Below are positions 17,768-26,170 of a DNA stretch of 45,329 bases, one piece after another. The DNA is taken from positions 1 to 45,329 of the forward strand of contig CAYQKB010000002.1 in assembly GCA_964418085.1 (NCBI GenBank), given 5' to 3'. The DNA comes from an uncultured Candidatus Saccharibacteria bacterium (GTDB lineage Bacteria; Patescibacteriota; Minisyncoccia; UBA6257; 2-01-FULL-56-20). Position 1 is the first letter of the stretch. Every line of letters starts with the position of its first letter. The translations under genes and the position numbers were made by a program. Under the pieces are notes generated by a model. That model was not told the origin of the DNA and made no database searches. It was given only the letters and a program-made list of their open reading frames with translations.

Positions 17768-18147
17768 TGAAAAAACTAGATAAATTCTGGCTGATAACAA
17801 TTATTCTTATTCTTTCAGTTGGCGGTTATTTGGCCGCACCCAAGGACACAAAAAAAGCCTTCGCTCGAAACACTGAAGCTCCAACCACCTCGGTTCACCT
17901 CGGCTCCGAATGGGTCGTCGACGGCAATCTAGTGTACTATAGCGAGACCCTCGAGCTAGTCTCGGTAAGCTCGTCGGGAATATCCGGTGAATTCCTTGTA
18001 ACCGCGAGGAGAAAGGAGGATCACGATAATTCCCGCACATTCATAATACATGTGGCGAACGGCAACAGAGAAATCACTTGGTATGGCGTCTCCGCAAGCG
18101 CACTCAATATGCAAGCAAAGATTATCGAAAAACTCGAATCCAAATAG
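17768..18147 (+). CDS. membrane-anchored hypothetical protein
   Basis: The internal ATG at 17768 gives MKKLDKFWLITIILILSVGGYLAAP (signal anchor). The upstream extension in the ORF track is probably spurious. Confidence 0.45.
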
Positions 18148-18243
18148 AATAAGATAAGAACATAAACCCTCCTGCATCTTCCCCGCCCGGAAAAATCCGC
18201 AGCGGGGAGTTTTGTTTTTGTGCGCGTACGTAACCCCATTTTC

Positions 18244-18310
18244 TGTCATTCCCGCGAAAGCGGGAATCCAGAATAAATCCTGGATCTTCGGGTCAAGCCC
18301 GAGGATGACA
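18244..18310. repeat. MITE-like palindromic element, copy 1 (GTCATTCCCGCG...GGAATCC family)
   Basis: TGTCATTCCCGCGAAAGCGGGAATCCAGAATAAATCCTGGATCTTCGGGTCAAGCCCGAGGATGACA. Ends are TGTCAT/ATGACA, with two internal hairpins. Confidence 0.8.
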
Positions 18311-18380
18311 AAAAAAGGACTATTGTCCAGTGCCCGGGTTAAGTTTTATAATGTCCCTACCGACGTTTACCGAATCAAGC

Positions 18381-20249
18381 ATGAAGAAAAAAAATATACA
18401 GCACAATATCGCATTCGAAGAATCTCTCAGCGAAAACTGGACGAGCGATATTGATATAGTTGAAGTCCCGCTGGGGAATAAGCCGCTGTTTTATTTGGGA
18501 TTGGCAATTGTCTGCATCGCCATCGTCGTTGGTTTTCAGATTGGTTATCTCAATCTTTTCAAAGGGTCGTTCTATAAAGCTCGGGCGGAAGCAAATGTTA
18601 CAAGGGAAGCACGAATTCCTGCGCCGCGAGGACTTATCACGGACAGGAATGGAGTGGTGCTTGCACAAAATAGTGCTGCGTTCACGGCCGTGCTCGACGC
18701 GAAAGAATTTTTGAAACATCCCGAGTCGCAGGAAGAAACGCTCCAGGCAATTTTTGACGTACTTCAGGTGGGAAGTAGCACGGTGTCGGAGTCGCTTAAA
18801 AGCGCAAATGAGTCGGAATTTCTCACGCCAATAGTGCTTAAAGAAAATTTGAGCCAGGAAGAAATTATCGGTTTAAAAAGTCGAGGGCTCTCGTCGGTAA
18901 GTGTTGAAAGCGATTTTGAGCGGCAGTATAAAGACGGAATTGTGTTCGCTCCGGTTGTGGGCTACACCGGTCGCGTTAATTCCTCTGATTTGAAAAATAA
19001 TTCTGATTTAAAAGGCGAAGATTTAATCGGGCGCGCAGGAGTGGAATCGTTTTATGATAAAGAGCTGCAAGGAACTCCGGGTATTATTTCGGTGGCGAAG
19101 AACGCACGTGGTCAGGTGCTTGGTCCGGAAGAAAAACTCGATCCCAAAATAGGCGCGTCAATTCGTCTTACGATTGATTCCGGCCTGCAGGAATATTTGT
19201 ATCAAAGTTTGCGTAATCAGCTTTCGGTTCTCGGGAAAAAAGTCGGCATCGGGCTTGCGCTTGATCCGCGGAACGGAGAAGTGCTCGCGCTTGTCAATAT
19301 TCCGACGTTCGACAACAATATCTTGAGCAATCCCGGGAACGACGCGGAAAAAATTACCATGCTCACTGCTCCGACGAAGCCGCTTTTCAATAGGATTGTC
19401 GGCGGCCTTTATAACCCGGGTTCGACTATCAAGCCGCTCGTCGCGACTGCGGCACTGACCGAGGGAATCATTGACCCAGCGAGAGAAATAAATTCTCCCG
19501 CGTATCTCGAAGTTCCGAATCCGTATAATCCCGATCAGCCAACGCACTATATGAACTGGCGGCCGCAGGGATATGTGAATCTCTATTCTGCGATCGCGGA
19601 GTCGAGCAATATTTATTTTTATACCGTTGGCGGCGGTGCCGGAGATATTAAAGGGTTGGGCATAACGCGGCTTCGGGAATGGTGGCAAAAATTTGATTTG
19701 GGGCAGGAAACCGGAATTGATTTGCCCGGCGAAAGCTCCGGCTTCTTGCCTTCGCCCGAATGGAAAGAGGCAAAAACGAAAAAGCCCTGGCTTTTGGGAG
19801 ACACCTACAATGTTTCGATCGGGCAGGGAGATTTGCTTCTGACGCCGCTTCAGCTTCTTTCATACATTGATGCAATGGGAAACGGGGGAAAAATATACCG
19901 GCCATTTCTGAATCTGGATGAGTCGCATCCACAAGTAAATGCGGATATTTCGTCGTATGATCCTGCGATTGCTGAAGTTCAGAAGGGTATGAGGCAGGTT
20001 GTTGTAAATCCTCTTGGAACTGCACACTCGCTAGCGGATTTGCCGTTCCCCGTTGCGGCAAAAACAGGTACTGCACAGATACAAAATAATACGCAGGCGA
20101 ATGCTATCTTCGTTGGTTACGCTCCGGCGCCCGATCCGCAGATCGCTCTCTTGATACTTGTTGAAAATGAGAAAGAGGGGAGTCTTAACACGCTTCCGGT
20201 AGCGAAAGACGTCTTGAATTGGTACTATATGAATAGGATTCAAAAATAA
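18381..20249 (+). CDS. mrdA: penicillin-binding protein 2 (peptidoglycan D,D-transpeptidase)
   Basis: SxxK (GSTIKP), SxN (ESSNIYF), KTG (AKTGTA) and an N-terminal TM anchor. I prefer the start at ATG 18381, downstream of a TTGTCC-18-TATAAT promoter-like site at 18323-18352. The ORF-track start at 18330 lies inside that site. Confidence 0.85.
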   Translation: MKKKNIQHNIAFEESLSENWTSDIDIVEVPLGNKPLFYLGLAIVCIAIVVGFQIGYLNLFKGSFYKARAEANVTREARIPAPRGLITDRNGVVLAQNSAAFTAVLDAKEFLKHPESQEETLQAIFDVLQVGSSTVSESLKSANESEFLTPIVLKENLSQEEIIGLKSRGLSSVSVESDFERQYKDGIVFAPVVGYTGRVNSSDLKNNSDLKGEDLIGRAGVESFYDKELQGTPGIISVAKNARGQVLGPEEKLDPKIGASIRLTIDSGLQEYLYQSLRNQLSVLGKKVGIGLALDPRNGEVLALVNIPTFDNNILSNPGNDAEKITMLTAPTKPLFNRIVGGLYNPGSTIKPLVATAALTEGIIDPAREINSPAYLEVPNPYNPDQPTHYMNWRPQGYVNLYSAIAESSNIYFYTVGGGAGDIKGLGITRLREWWQKFDLGQETGIDLPGESSGFLPSPEWKEAKTKKPWLLGDTYNVSIGQGDLLLTPLQLLSYIDAMGNGGKIYRPFLNLDESHPQVNADISSYDPAIAEVQKGMRQVVVNPLGTAHSLADLPFPVAAKTGTAQIQNNTQANAIFVGYAPAPDPQIALLILVENEKEGSLNTLPVAKDVLNWYYMNRIQK

Positions 20250-20251
20250 TT

Positions 20252-20321
20252 GGAGTTAGTGGTTAGGAGCTAGGAGTTAGTCAAAATTCCTAATTCCTAA
20301 TTCCTAATTCCTAATTCCTAA
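20252..20321. repeat. heptad-based palindromic element (TAGGAG arm / TTCCTAA x5 arm)
   Basis: GGAGTTAGTGGTTAGGAGCTAGGAGTTAGTC-AAAA-TTCCTAA x5 (tandem heptamer at 20287-20321). The arms are complementary if G-U pairs are allowed. Confidence 0.75.
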
Positions 20322-20324
20322 ATT

Positions 20325-21332
20325 ATGTCCGAACTGAGAAAAGATTTAGTTTCCGGCGATTGGATAATTGTCGCTACCGAACGGGCGAAGCGGCCGAAAT
20401 TTGTTGACGTCAAGAAAAAAGACGTCGCATTGGAGCGCACGCCCACTCCTGTAAAAGATTGTCCATTTGAGGATTTACAAAAATCCGGCAACTGGCCGCC
20501 GATTTTAAGTTATCCGAACGATAAAAAATGGAAAATTGTTTTGATACGGAATAAATATCCCGCTCTGGCTCATACTGCGGGTTGCGCGGTTACCCTCAAG
20601 GAGGGGCCGCATGAAGTAAAAAGCGGCGTGGGTGAACACGACTTGATTATAACGCGCAACCATGCCAAAAATTTTGCCGACCTCAGTCTTCCTGAAGCGA
20701 CAGAGGTCATGAAGCTATTGCAGAAAAGGTATCTCACGCTTCGGGAGGATTCGTGCAGTGTTTATACTTCGACATTTTTCAACTGGGGAGCAAAAGCGGG
20801 CGCATCGTTATATCATCCGCATTATCAGGTGCTTACATTGCCGATTATTCCTCCCGATATCGCGCATTCGTTGCGCGGATCGGAGCGGTATTTCGAAAAA
20901 CATAAAAAATGCGTGCACTGCGTTATGCTGGATTTTGATATAAAAGAAGAAAAACGGATTATAGATATAAACTCGGAGGCAGTTGCCGTCGCACCTTTTG
21001 TCTCGCGCGTTCCTTTTGAAGTTCGCATTTTCCCTCGCGCGCATATGTCCCGGTTTGAAACGACGCCGGCAGGTACGCTCACGAATATTGTTAAAGTGCT
21101 GCAATCGGCTATGAAACTGATAAGAAAAAACGCCGGCGATCCGGACCTCAATTTTTTTATTCACACGGCGCCGCTCAAGGGAGAAGGATACGGCTATTAT
21201 CATTGGCACATCGAGATTGTTCCGAAGGTTTCGACGTGGGGAGGGTTTGAATTCGGGACGGGCATAGATATAAATGTCGTGAACCCCGAAATGGCGGCTT
21301 CAATTCTGACCGGCAAAGTTCCAAAGAACTAG
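20325..21332 (+). CDS. galT: galactose-1-phosphate uridylyltransferase family protein (HIT superfamily)
   Basis: 335-aa ORF. RNKYPAL, YHPHYQVLTLP (His-x-His-x-Gln active site) and YHWHIEIVP. Confidence 0.8.
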   Translation: MSELRKDLVSGDWIIVATERAKRPKFVDVKKKDVALERTPTPVKDCPFEDLQKSGNWPPILSYPNDKKWKIVLIRNKYPALAHTAGCAVTLKEGPHEVKSGVGEHDLIITRNHAKNFADLSLPEATEVMKLLQKRYLTLREDSCSVYTSTFFNWGAKAGASLYHPHYQVLTLPIIPPDIAHSLRGSERYFEKHKKCVHCVMLDFDIKEEKRIIDINSEAVAVAPFVSRVPFEVRIFPRAHMSRFETTPAGTLTNIVKVLQSAMKLIRKNAGDPDLNFFIHTAPLKGEGYGYYHWHIEIVPKVSTWGGFEFGTGIDINVVNPEMAASILTGKVPKN

Positions 21333-21333
21333 A

Positions 21334-21675
21334 ATGCTTCAAAGAATTTCAAAATTTAGAATACCGCTGGCTATTTTTGTGACAAGCTTGGCGTTTATCA
21401 TCGGCGGATGCGCTTGGGCATATGTCGCGACAAAAGATATTAAGGGGCCGATTATCGTGCACTTCAACAACGTGACCGGCATTGATCACATCGGAAGTTT
21501 CTATGATCTTCTAATGATTGGTATTACAAGCGTGGTAGTGGTGCTTATAAATTTCTTTCTTGCGCTTGAGCTTCAGGATCGCGACCGGTTTTTGAGTAAA
21601 ATCGTCACCGCGACGACCCTATTCCTGAGCATCTTGATTTTTATAACGTTTGCGGCTATTATAGCTGTAAACTAG
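21334..21675 (+). CDS. small membrane protein (3 TM)
   Basis: 113-aa hydrophobic ORF. It starts 1 nt after the galT stop. Confidence 0.5.
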   Translation: MLQRISKFRIPLAIFVTSLAFIIGGCAWAYVATKDIKGPIIVHFNNVTGIDHIGSFYDLLMIGITSVVVVLINFFLALELQDRDRFLSKIVTATTLFLSILIFITFAAIIAVN

Positions 21676-21744
21676 GAGCTAGTAGTTAGGAACTAGGAAT
21701 TAGTCGATTCAATCCTAACTCCTAATCGCTAACTCCTAACTCCC
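21672..21744. repeat. heptad-based palindromic element, second copy
   Basis: CTAGGAGCTAGTAGTTAGGAACTAGGAATTAGTC-GATTCAA-TCCTAACTCCTAATCGCTAACTCCTAACTCC. Same arm composition and central TTAGTC as the element at 20252-20321. Confidence 0.7.
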
Positions 21745-21747
21745 AAA

Positions 21748-22056
21748 ATGAATTTCTCAATCATCGAAACCGGTGCGAAACAATATAAGGTTTCCGTCGG
21801 AGACAAGATAAAAATAGAAAAAATCGAGGCGAATGTCGGCGATAATTTTGTTTTCGATAAAGTGCTGCTTCGCGCGGAAGGGGAGAGTGTCGTAGTGGGC
21901 GAGCCGTATATTTCCGGTGCCAAGGTTGAGGGAAAAGTTCTTGGACAGGAACGGGCAAAAAAAGTAATTATCTTCAAATATCACTCAAAGACCCGTCAAC
22001 GGAAAAAACGCGGTCATCGGCAGCATTTCACGGAAGTAGAGGTGATGAAGGTGTAA
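21748..22056 (+). CDS. rplU: 50S ribosomal protein L21
   Basis: MNFSIIETGAKQYKVSVGDKIKIEKI...FKYHSKTRQRKKRGHRQHFTEV. Confidence 0.9.
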   Translation: MNFSIIETGAKQYKVSVGDKIKIEKIEANVGDNFVFDKVLLRAEGESVVVGEPYISGAKVEGKVLGQERAKKVIIFKYHSKTRQRKKRGHRQHFTEVEVMKV

Positions 22057-22068
22057 GTCATACATCCG

Positions 22069-22138
22069 TGTCATTCCCGCGCAAGCGGGAATCCAGGTTA
22101 TTTTTATTTTCTGGATCCCCGCCTGCGCGAGGATGACA
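22069..22138. repeat. MITE-like palindromic element, copy 2
   Basis: TGTCATTCCCGCGCAAGCGGGAATCCAGGTTATTTTTATTTTCTGGATCCCCGCCTGCGCGAGGATGACA. Confidence 0.8.
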
Positions 22139-22161
22139 GAGTTGAGTACCTGGTTTAGAAT
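22133..22161 (+). promoter_or_regulatory. sigma-70-like promoter, -35 ATGACA / 17 nt / -10 TAGAAT
   Basis: The -35 hexamer is the terminal ATGACA of MITE copy 2. TAGAAT at 22156-22161 lies 12 nt upstream of the ATG at 22174, with an AAAGGA SD between them. Confidence 0.4.
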
Positions 22162-22173
22162 GAAAGGACAGAT

Positions 22174-23835
22174 ATGAATTCGGAAAATCGAACTTGTCAA
22201 AATTGTAAAAAAGAATTTGTTATCGAGTCGGAAGATTTTGATTTTTATAAGAAAATTTCAGTTCCAGCGCCAACATGCTGTTCCGAATGTCGTCTGAAGC
22301 GACGAATGATGTTTAGGAATTTCAAAACGTTATATAAACGGACATCAAGCCTCTCAGGCAAGCCAATCATTTCAATTTATCCGCCCGAGTCCCCATATAT
22401 AGTCTATACCCACGACGAATGGTGGGGCGATGATTGGGATTCGAAATCGTACGGAAAAGATTTTGATTTTTCACGTCCGTTTTTTGAACAGTTTAAAGAA
22501 TTGCTGCTTGCGGTGCCGCGGTTTAATTTAATGAACACCCAGAGCCAGAATTGCGAGTATTCAAACATGGTGTTGCGGAGTAAAAATTGCTATCTCGTTT
22601 TCGGTTGTGTGGATACGGAAGACTGTGCATATGGTCACATCGTGTGGGAATGCAAAGACTGCATTGATAATCTTTATCTGCATCATTCCGAGCTCTGCTA
22701 TGAATGCGTTGATTGTTTGTGGTCCTATAAACTTTCCTACTCGCAGGAATGTGAAAGCTGTACGGAGAGTGTCGGTCTCTACGATTGTCGAAGTTGCATG
22801 AACTGCATTGGGTGCGTAGGTTTAAAACAAAAGTCTTATTATATTTTTAATGAAAATGTCGGCAAGGCCGGATATGAACAATTTTTGAAAGATCACCCAC
22901 TCGGCGATCCAAAAACTATTTCGTATATTCTTGAGAGACGAGAAGAACTTCGAAAAAAAGTCCCGCAACGCCATTTTTTTGGCTCGCACAACACCAACGT
23001 TTCCGGAAATCATATTTACAACGGAAAAAATGTCCATTACTCATTTGACTTGAAAGAAGGCGAAGACTCCAAATATATTTTTACCGCAAGCAAGATGAAA
23101 GATTCTTATGATGCCACGTTCAATGGCGGCGGAGTGGAGCTGGGATATGAGTTGCTCGCGTGCGTGGGTCGCGGCATTCAATTTTGCCAAAACGTCATGA
23201 ATTCCAGCGATGCGTATTATTCTGACAATTGTTACGGTTCGCATAACATTTTCGGCTGTGCGTGGATGAAGAATGCCAATTACTGCATTCTAAACAAGCA
23301 GTACTCAAGGGAAGAGTATGAAGTGCTCGTGCCAAAAATTATTGAGCATATGAAAAAAAATGGAGAGTGGGGAGAATTTTTTCCTATTTCCCTTTCACCA
23401 TTTGGATATAATGAATCAATCATCAATGAATATTTCCCACTAAGCCGCGAAGAAGCGGAAAAGCAGGGTTATAGGTGGGCCGATGATCCACCAGTTACAA
23501 CAGGGCAAGAAACGCTAAAGCATGATGCACTCCCAAAAAATCCGAAAGAATATTCGGATGATCTCGTAAAGGAAGTTCTTGCATGCGGCAGGTGCGGAAG
23601 AAATTATCGGTTTATACCAAAAGAGATACAATTCCATAAGCAGATGGAGTTTTCGCTTCCGAAAGAATGTTTTAATTGTCGGCATGCTCGGAGGATGAGT
23701 GTGCGAAACCCGCGCCGACTGTGGGATGGCGTGTGCGCAAACTGCGGCGCGGCATTCAAGACTTCGTATCCGCCGGACAAGCAAAAAGAGCTCAAAATCT
23801 ATTGCGAAAAATGTTATTTGAATGAAATGGGTTGA
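22174..23835 (+). CDS. uncharacterised cysteine-rich protein with N- and C-terminal zinc-ribbon modules (paralog 1)
   Basis: 553-aa ORF with about 33 Cys by my count. It is collinear with the ORFs at 24226 and 33271. No family recognised. Confidence 0.8.
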   Translation: MNSENRTCQNCKKEFVIESEDFDFYKKISVPAPTCCSECRLKRRMMFRNFKTLYKRTSSLSGKPIISIYPPESPYIVYTHDEWWGDDWDSKSYGKDFDFSRPFFEQFKELLLAVPRFNLMNTQSQNCEYSNMVLRSKNCYLVFGCVDTEDCAYGHIVWECKDCIDNLYLHHSELCYECVDCLWSYKLSYSQECESCTESVGLYDCRSCMNCIGCVGLKQKSYYIFNENVGKAGYEQFLKDHPLGDPKTISYILERREELRKKVPQRHFFGSHNTNVSGNHIYNGKNVHYSFDLKEGEDSKYIFTASKMKDSYDATFNGGGVELGYELLACVGRGIQFCQNVMNSSDAYYSDNCYGSHNIFGCAWMKNANYCILNKQYSREEYEVLVPKIIEHMKKNGEWGEFFPISLSPFGYNESIINEYFPLSREEAEKQGYRWADDPPVTTGQETLKHDALPKNPKEYSDDLVKEVLACGRCGRNYRFIPKEIQFHKQMEFSLPKECFNCRHARRMSVRNPRRLWDGVCANCGAAFKTSYPPDKQKELKIYCEKCYLNEMG

Positions 23836-23856
23836 AATTATTATTTGAAAATATAA

Positions 23857-24222
23857 ATGTATAAAACAAAAAAAGACAAATTGCCAAAGAAGCCGCCGAT
23901 TTCGATTGATTTCGATGGGGTGGTTCATGCGTATAGCAAAGGATTTCATGATGGCAGCATTTACGACGAACCAATCCCTGGTGCACAAAAAGCAATGCGG
24001 GAACTCAGGAAAAAACATCATCTGTATATATATTCGAGCCGCGGGAAAACTAAGGCGGGTTGTGCGGCAATGGAAGAATATTTAAAGAGATGGAAAATTC
24101 CGTTTGATGAAGTTGTCAGCCATAAACCGCCGGCAAGGTTTTATATTGATGATCGAGCCATCCGATTCGAAACATGGCGGCAAGTTCTTCGAGATGTCCG
24201 TTTTTTTGAAAAGAAAAAGTAA
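23857..24222 (+). CDS. small HAD-superfamily phosphatase (nucleotidase / polynucleotide-phosphatase-like)
   Basis: 121-aa ORF. Motif I ISIDFDGVVH, motif II YIYSSR, and distal K...YIDDR. Confidence 0.65.
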   Translation: MYKTKKDKLPKKPPISIDFDGVVHAYSKGFHDGSIYDEPIPGAQKAMRELRKKHHLYIYSSRGKTKAGCAAMEEYLKRWKIPFDEVVSHKPPARFYIDDRAIRFETWRQVLRDVRFFEKKK

Positions 24223-24225
24223 TCT

Positions 24226-26007
24226 ATGAATACAGAAAAGAAAATCTGCCAGAACTGTAAAAAAGAATTTGTAATTGAACCGGAAGATTTCGATTTTTAT
24301 AAAAAAATTTCTGTCCCTCCGCCGACCTGGTGCCCGGAGTGTAGGCTTCAGCGCCGACTAGCGTGGCGAAATACATGGCATCTCTTTAGGAAAAAAGACG
24401 CCCAAACCGGCAAGGAGATATTTTCTATATTTTCGGAAGAAAGCCCCGTAAAAATATACGAGCGAGATTTTTGGGCTTCGGATAAATGGGATCCAATGGA
24501 ATACGGTCGCGAGTACGGCTGGGATCAACCCTTCTTTGAGCAGTTCAAAGAATTGTTGCATGCCGTTCCATTGCCCGCGCATTCGGTTTTAAATCTTTCA
24601 AATTGCGAATACTGCACGAACGCGAACGAGCTCAAAAATTGTTATTTCGTCCGGGCTTCAACAGCTTCAGAGGATTCGCTATATCTCATTTGGGATCATG
24701 GTTCGAAACGATCGCTCGACAGTCATATGACTAATAGGTGCGAATTGGGCTATGGAAATCTAAATACCGTACGATGCTACAAGACATTTTTCTCTGTAGA
24801 TTGTGAGGATTGTCAGTCAGTTGTTCTCTCTAAAGACTGTATTGCCTGCAACGATTGTTTTGGTTGTATTGGACTTCGCAATAAGTCGTATCACATTTTC
24901 AACCAGCCATATTCAAAAGAAGAATATATAAAAACGCTTCAGGGACTTGATATCGGCTCTGCAAAAAATTTGGACGCACTCGAAGCGCGCGCGTACGAAC
25001 ACTGGAAAAAATATCCACAGAAGTTCATACATGGGAGGCAAAATCTTGGAGTAACAGGGGATTACATCTATGAATCGAAAAATGCTCGGCAATGTTTTCG
25101 CATCCGTGGCGGAGAAGATGTAAAATTTTGCCAAAACCTCCTCGAAGCATCTTCGAAGGATTGCTACGACTATTCAAACTGGGGGCAGGGTGCGGAGTTG
25201 ATATACGAATGTCTGGTTGGGGGAGTTGGCATTTACAACATTCGATGTAGTTGGCAGACATACGAAAACGTGAAAAATATCGAATACTCCGCTTTTTGCC
25301 ACAACTCTTCGGATTTATTCGGATGCGTCGGTCTCAAAAATAAACAATACTGCATATTTAACAAACAATATTCGAAAGAAGATTTTCAAAGGCTGCGCAC
25401 AAAGATTATCGAACATATGAACACGATGCCGTATCGGGATGCGAAGGGACGAATATACACGTACGGCGAATTTTTTCCGTCAGAGCTTTCGCCGTTTCCG
25501 TATCAGGCAACCGAGGCACATGAATTTTTCCCGATGATGGAAGAGGAAGCGATTAAAAAAGGTTTCGTCTGGTATTCTCCTAAAAAACAAAACTATTCCA
25601 TTACACTTGAGAATCAGGACATCCCGGACCATATTAAAGATGTAAAAGATGATATTTTAACTGCAGTGATTGAATGTAAGCACAAAGGTGAATGTCGGGA
25701 AGAATGCACGGGCGCTTTCCGAATCGTTGGAGAGGAGCTAAAATTTTTGAAACAATTCAATCTCGCGCTCCCGCGTCTCTGTCCTAATTGTAGGCATTAT
25801 AGCCGCCTTGCATTCAGAAATCCGCCGAGATTTTCTCGTCGTGCGTGCCAATGTGTAGGAATAGATTCCAGTAATAATATTTACAAAAATACAATCTCCC
25901 ATTTCCACGGCGCAGAAAAATGCCCTAACGAATTTGAGACATCATATTCGCCAGATCGCCCAGAGATTGTATATTGCGAACAGTGCTACACTTCTGAAGT
26001 GTCCTGA
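24226..26007 (+). CDS. uncharacterised cysteine-rich protein with N- and C-terminal zinc-ribbon modules (paralog 2)
   Basis: 593-aa ORF starting 3 nt after the HAD stop. It shares MN.E..IC.NCKKEFVIE.EDFDFYKKISVP.PT.C.ECRL.RR, FFEQFKELL, GC.GL.NK.Y.IFN and TSYSPD...YCEQCY with its paralogs. Confidence 0.8.
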   Translation: MNTEKKICQNCKKEFVIEPEDFDFYKKISVPPPTWCPECRLQRRLAWRNTWHLFRKKDAQTGKEIFSIFSEESPVKIYERDFWASDKWDPMEYGREYGWDQPFFEQFKELLHAVPLPAHSVLNLSNCEYCTNANELKNCYFVRASTASEDSLYLIWDHGSKRSLDSHMTNRCELGYGNLNTVRCYKTFFSVDCEDCQSVVLSKDCIACNDCFGCIGLRNKSYHIFNQPYSKEEYIKTLQGLDIGSAKNLDALEARAYEHWKKYPQKFIHGRQNLGVTGDYIYESKNARQCFRIRGGEDVKFCQNLLEASSKDCYDYSNWGQGAELIYECLVGGVGIYNIRCSWQTYENVKNIEYSAFCHNSSDLFGCVGLKNKQYCIFNKQYSKEDFQRLRTKIIEHMNTMPYRDAKGRIYTYGEFFPSELSPFPYQATEAHEFFPMMEEEAIKKGFVWYSPKKQNYSITLENQDIPDHIKDVKDDILTAVIECKHKGECREECTGAFRIVGEELKFLKQFNLALPRLCPNCRHYSRLAFRNPPRFSRRACQCVGIDSSNNIYKNTISHFHGAEKCPNEFETSYSPDRPEIVYCEQCYTSEVS

Positions 26008-26045
26008 GTTTTATCGAAGGATCAAGCAGAAGTTTCATAAAATTT

Positions 26046-26170
26046 ATGCCGCATATTCACGACAAAATAGATTTCACGGTGGATAATTCTCGCTGCGCGC
26101 AAAATTGACAGGGTGCTTTTCCGAGAGTATTCTACAGAGTGCGGCACAACCAGTCATTTGAAAACTTAAC
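26046..26170 (+). pseudogene. NUDIX hydrolase 5' remnant (frameshifted and truncated)
   Basis: ATG at 26046 encodes MPHIHDKIDFTV, the N-terminus I associate with a NUDIX subfamily (MPHIHEKIDFTV...). After a 1-nt frame change it continues IILAARKIDRVLFREYSTECGTTSHLKT and then stops. No NUDIX box follows. Confidence 0.4.

Noticed and set aside
20287-20321. Could the TTCCTAA tandem tract or the dispersed GTCATTCCCGC repeats be a CRISPR array?
   Set aside because: The unit is 7 nt with no spacers. The dispersed repeats are single, kilobases apart, and each is internally palindromic with inverted termini. No cas genes are present.
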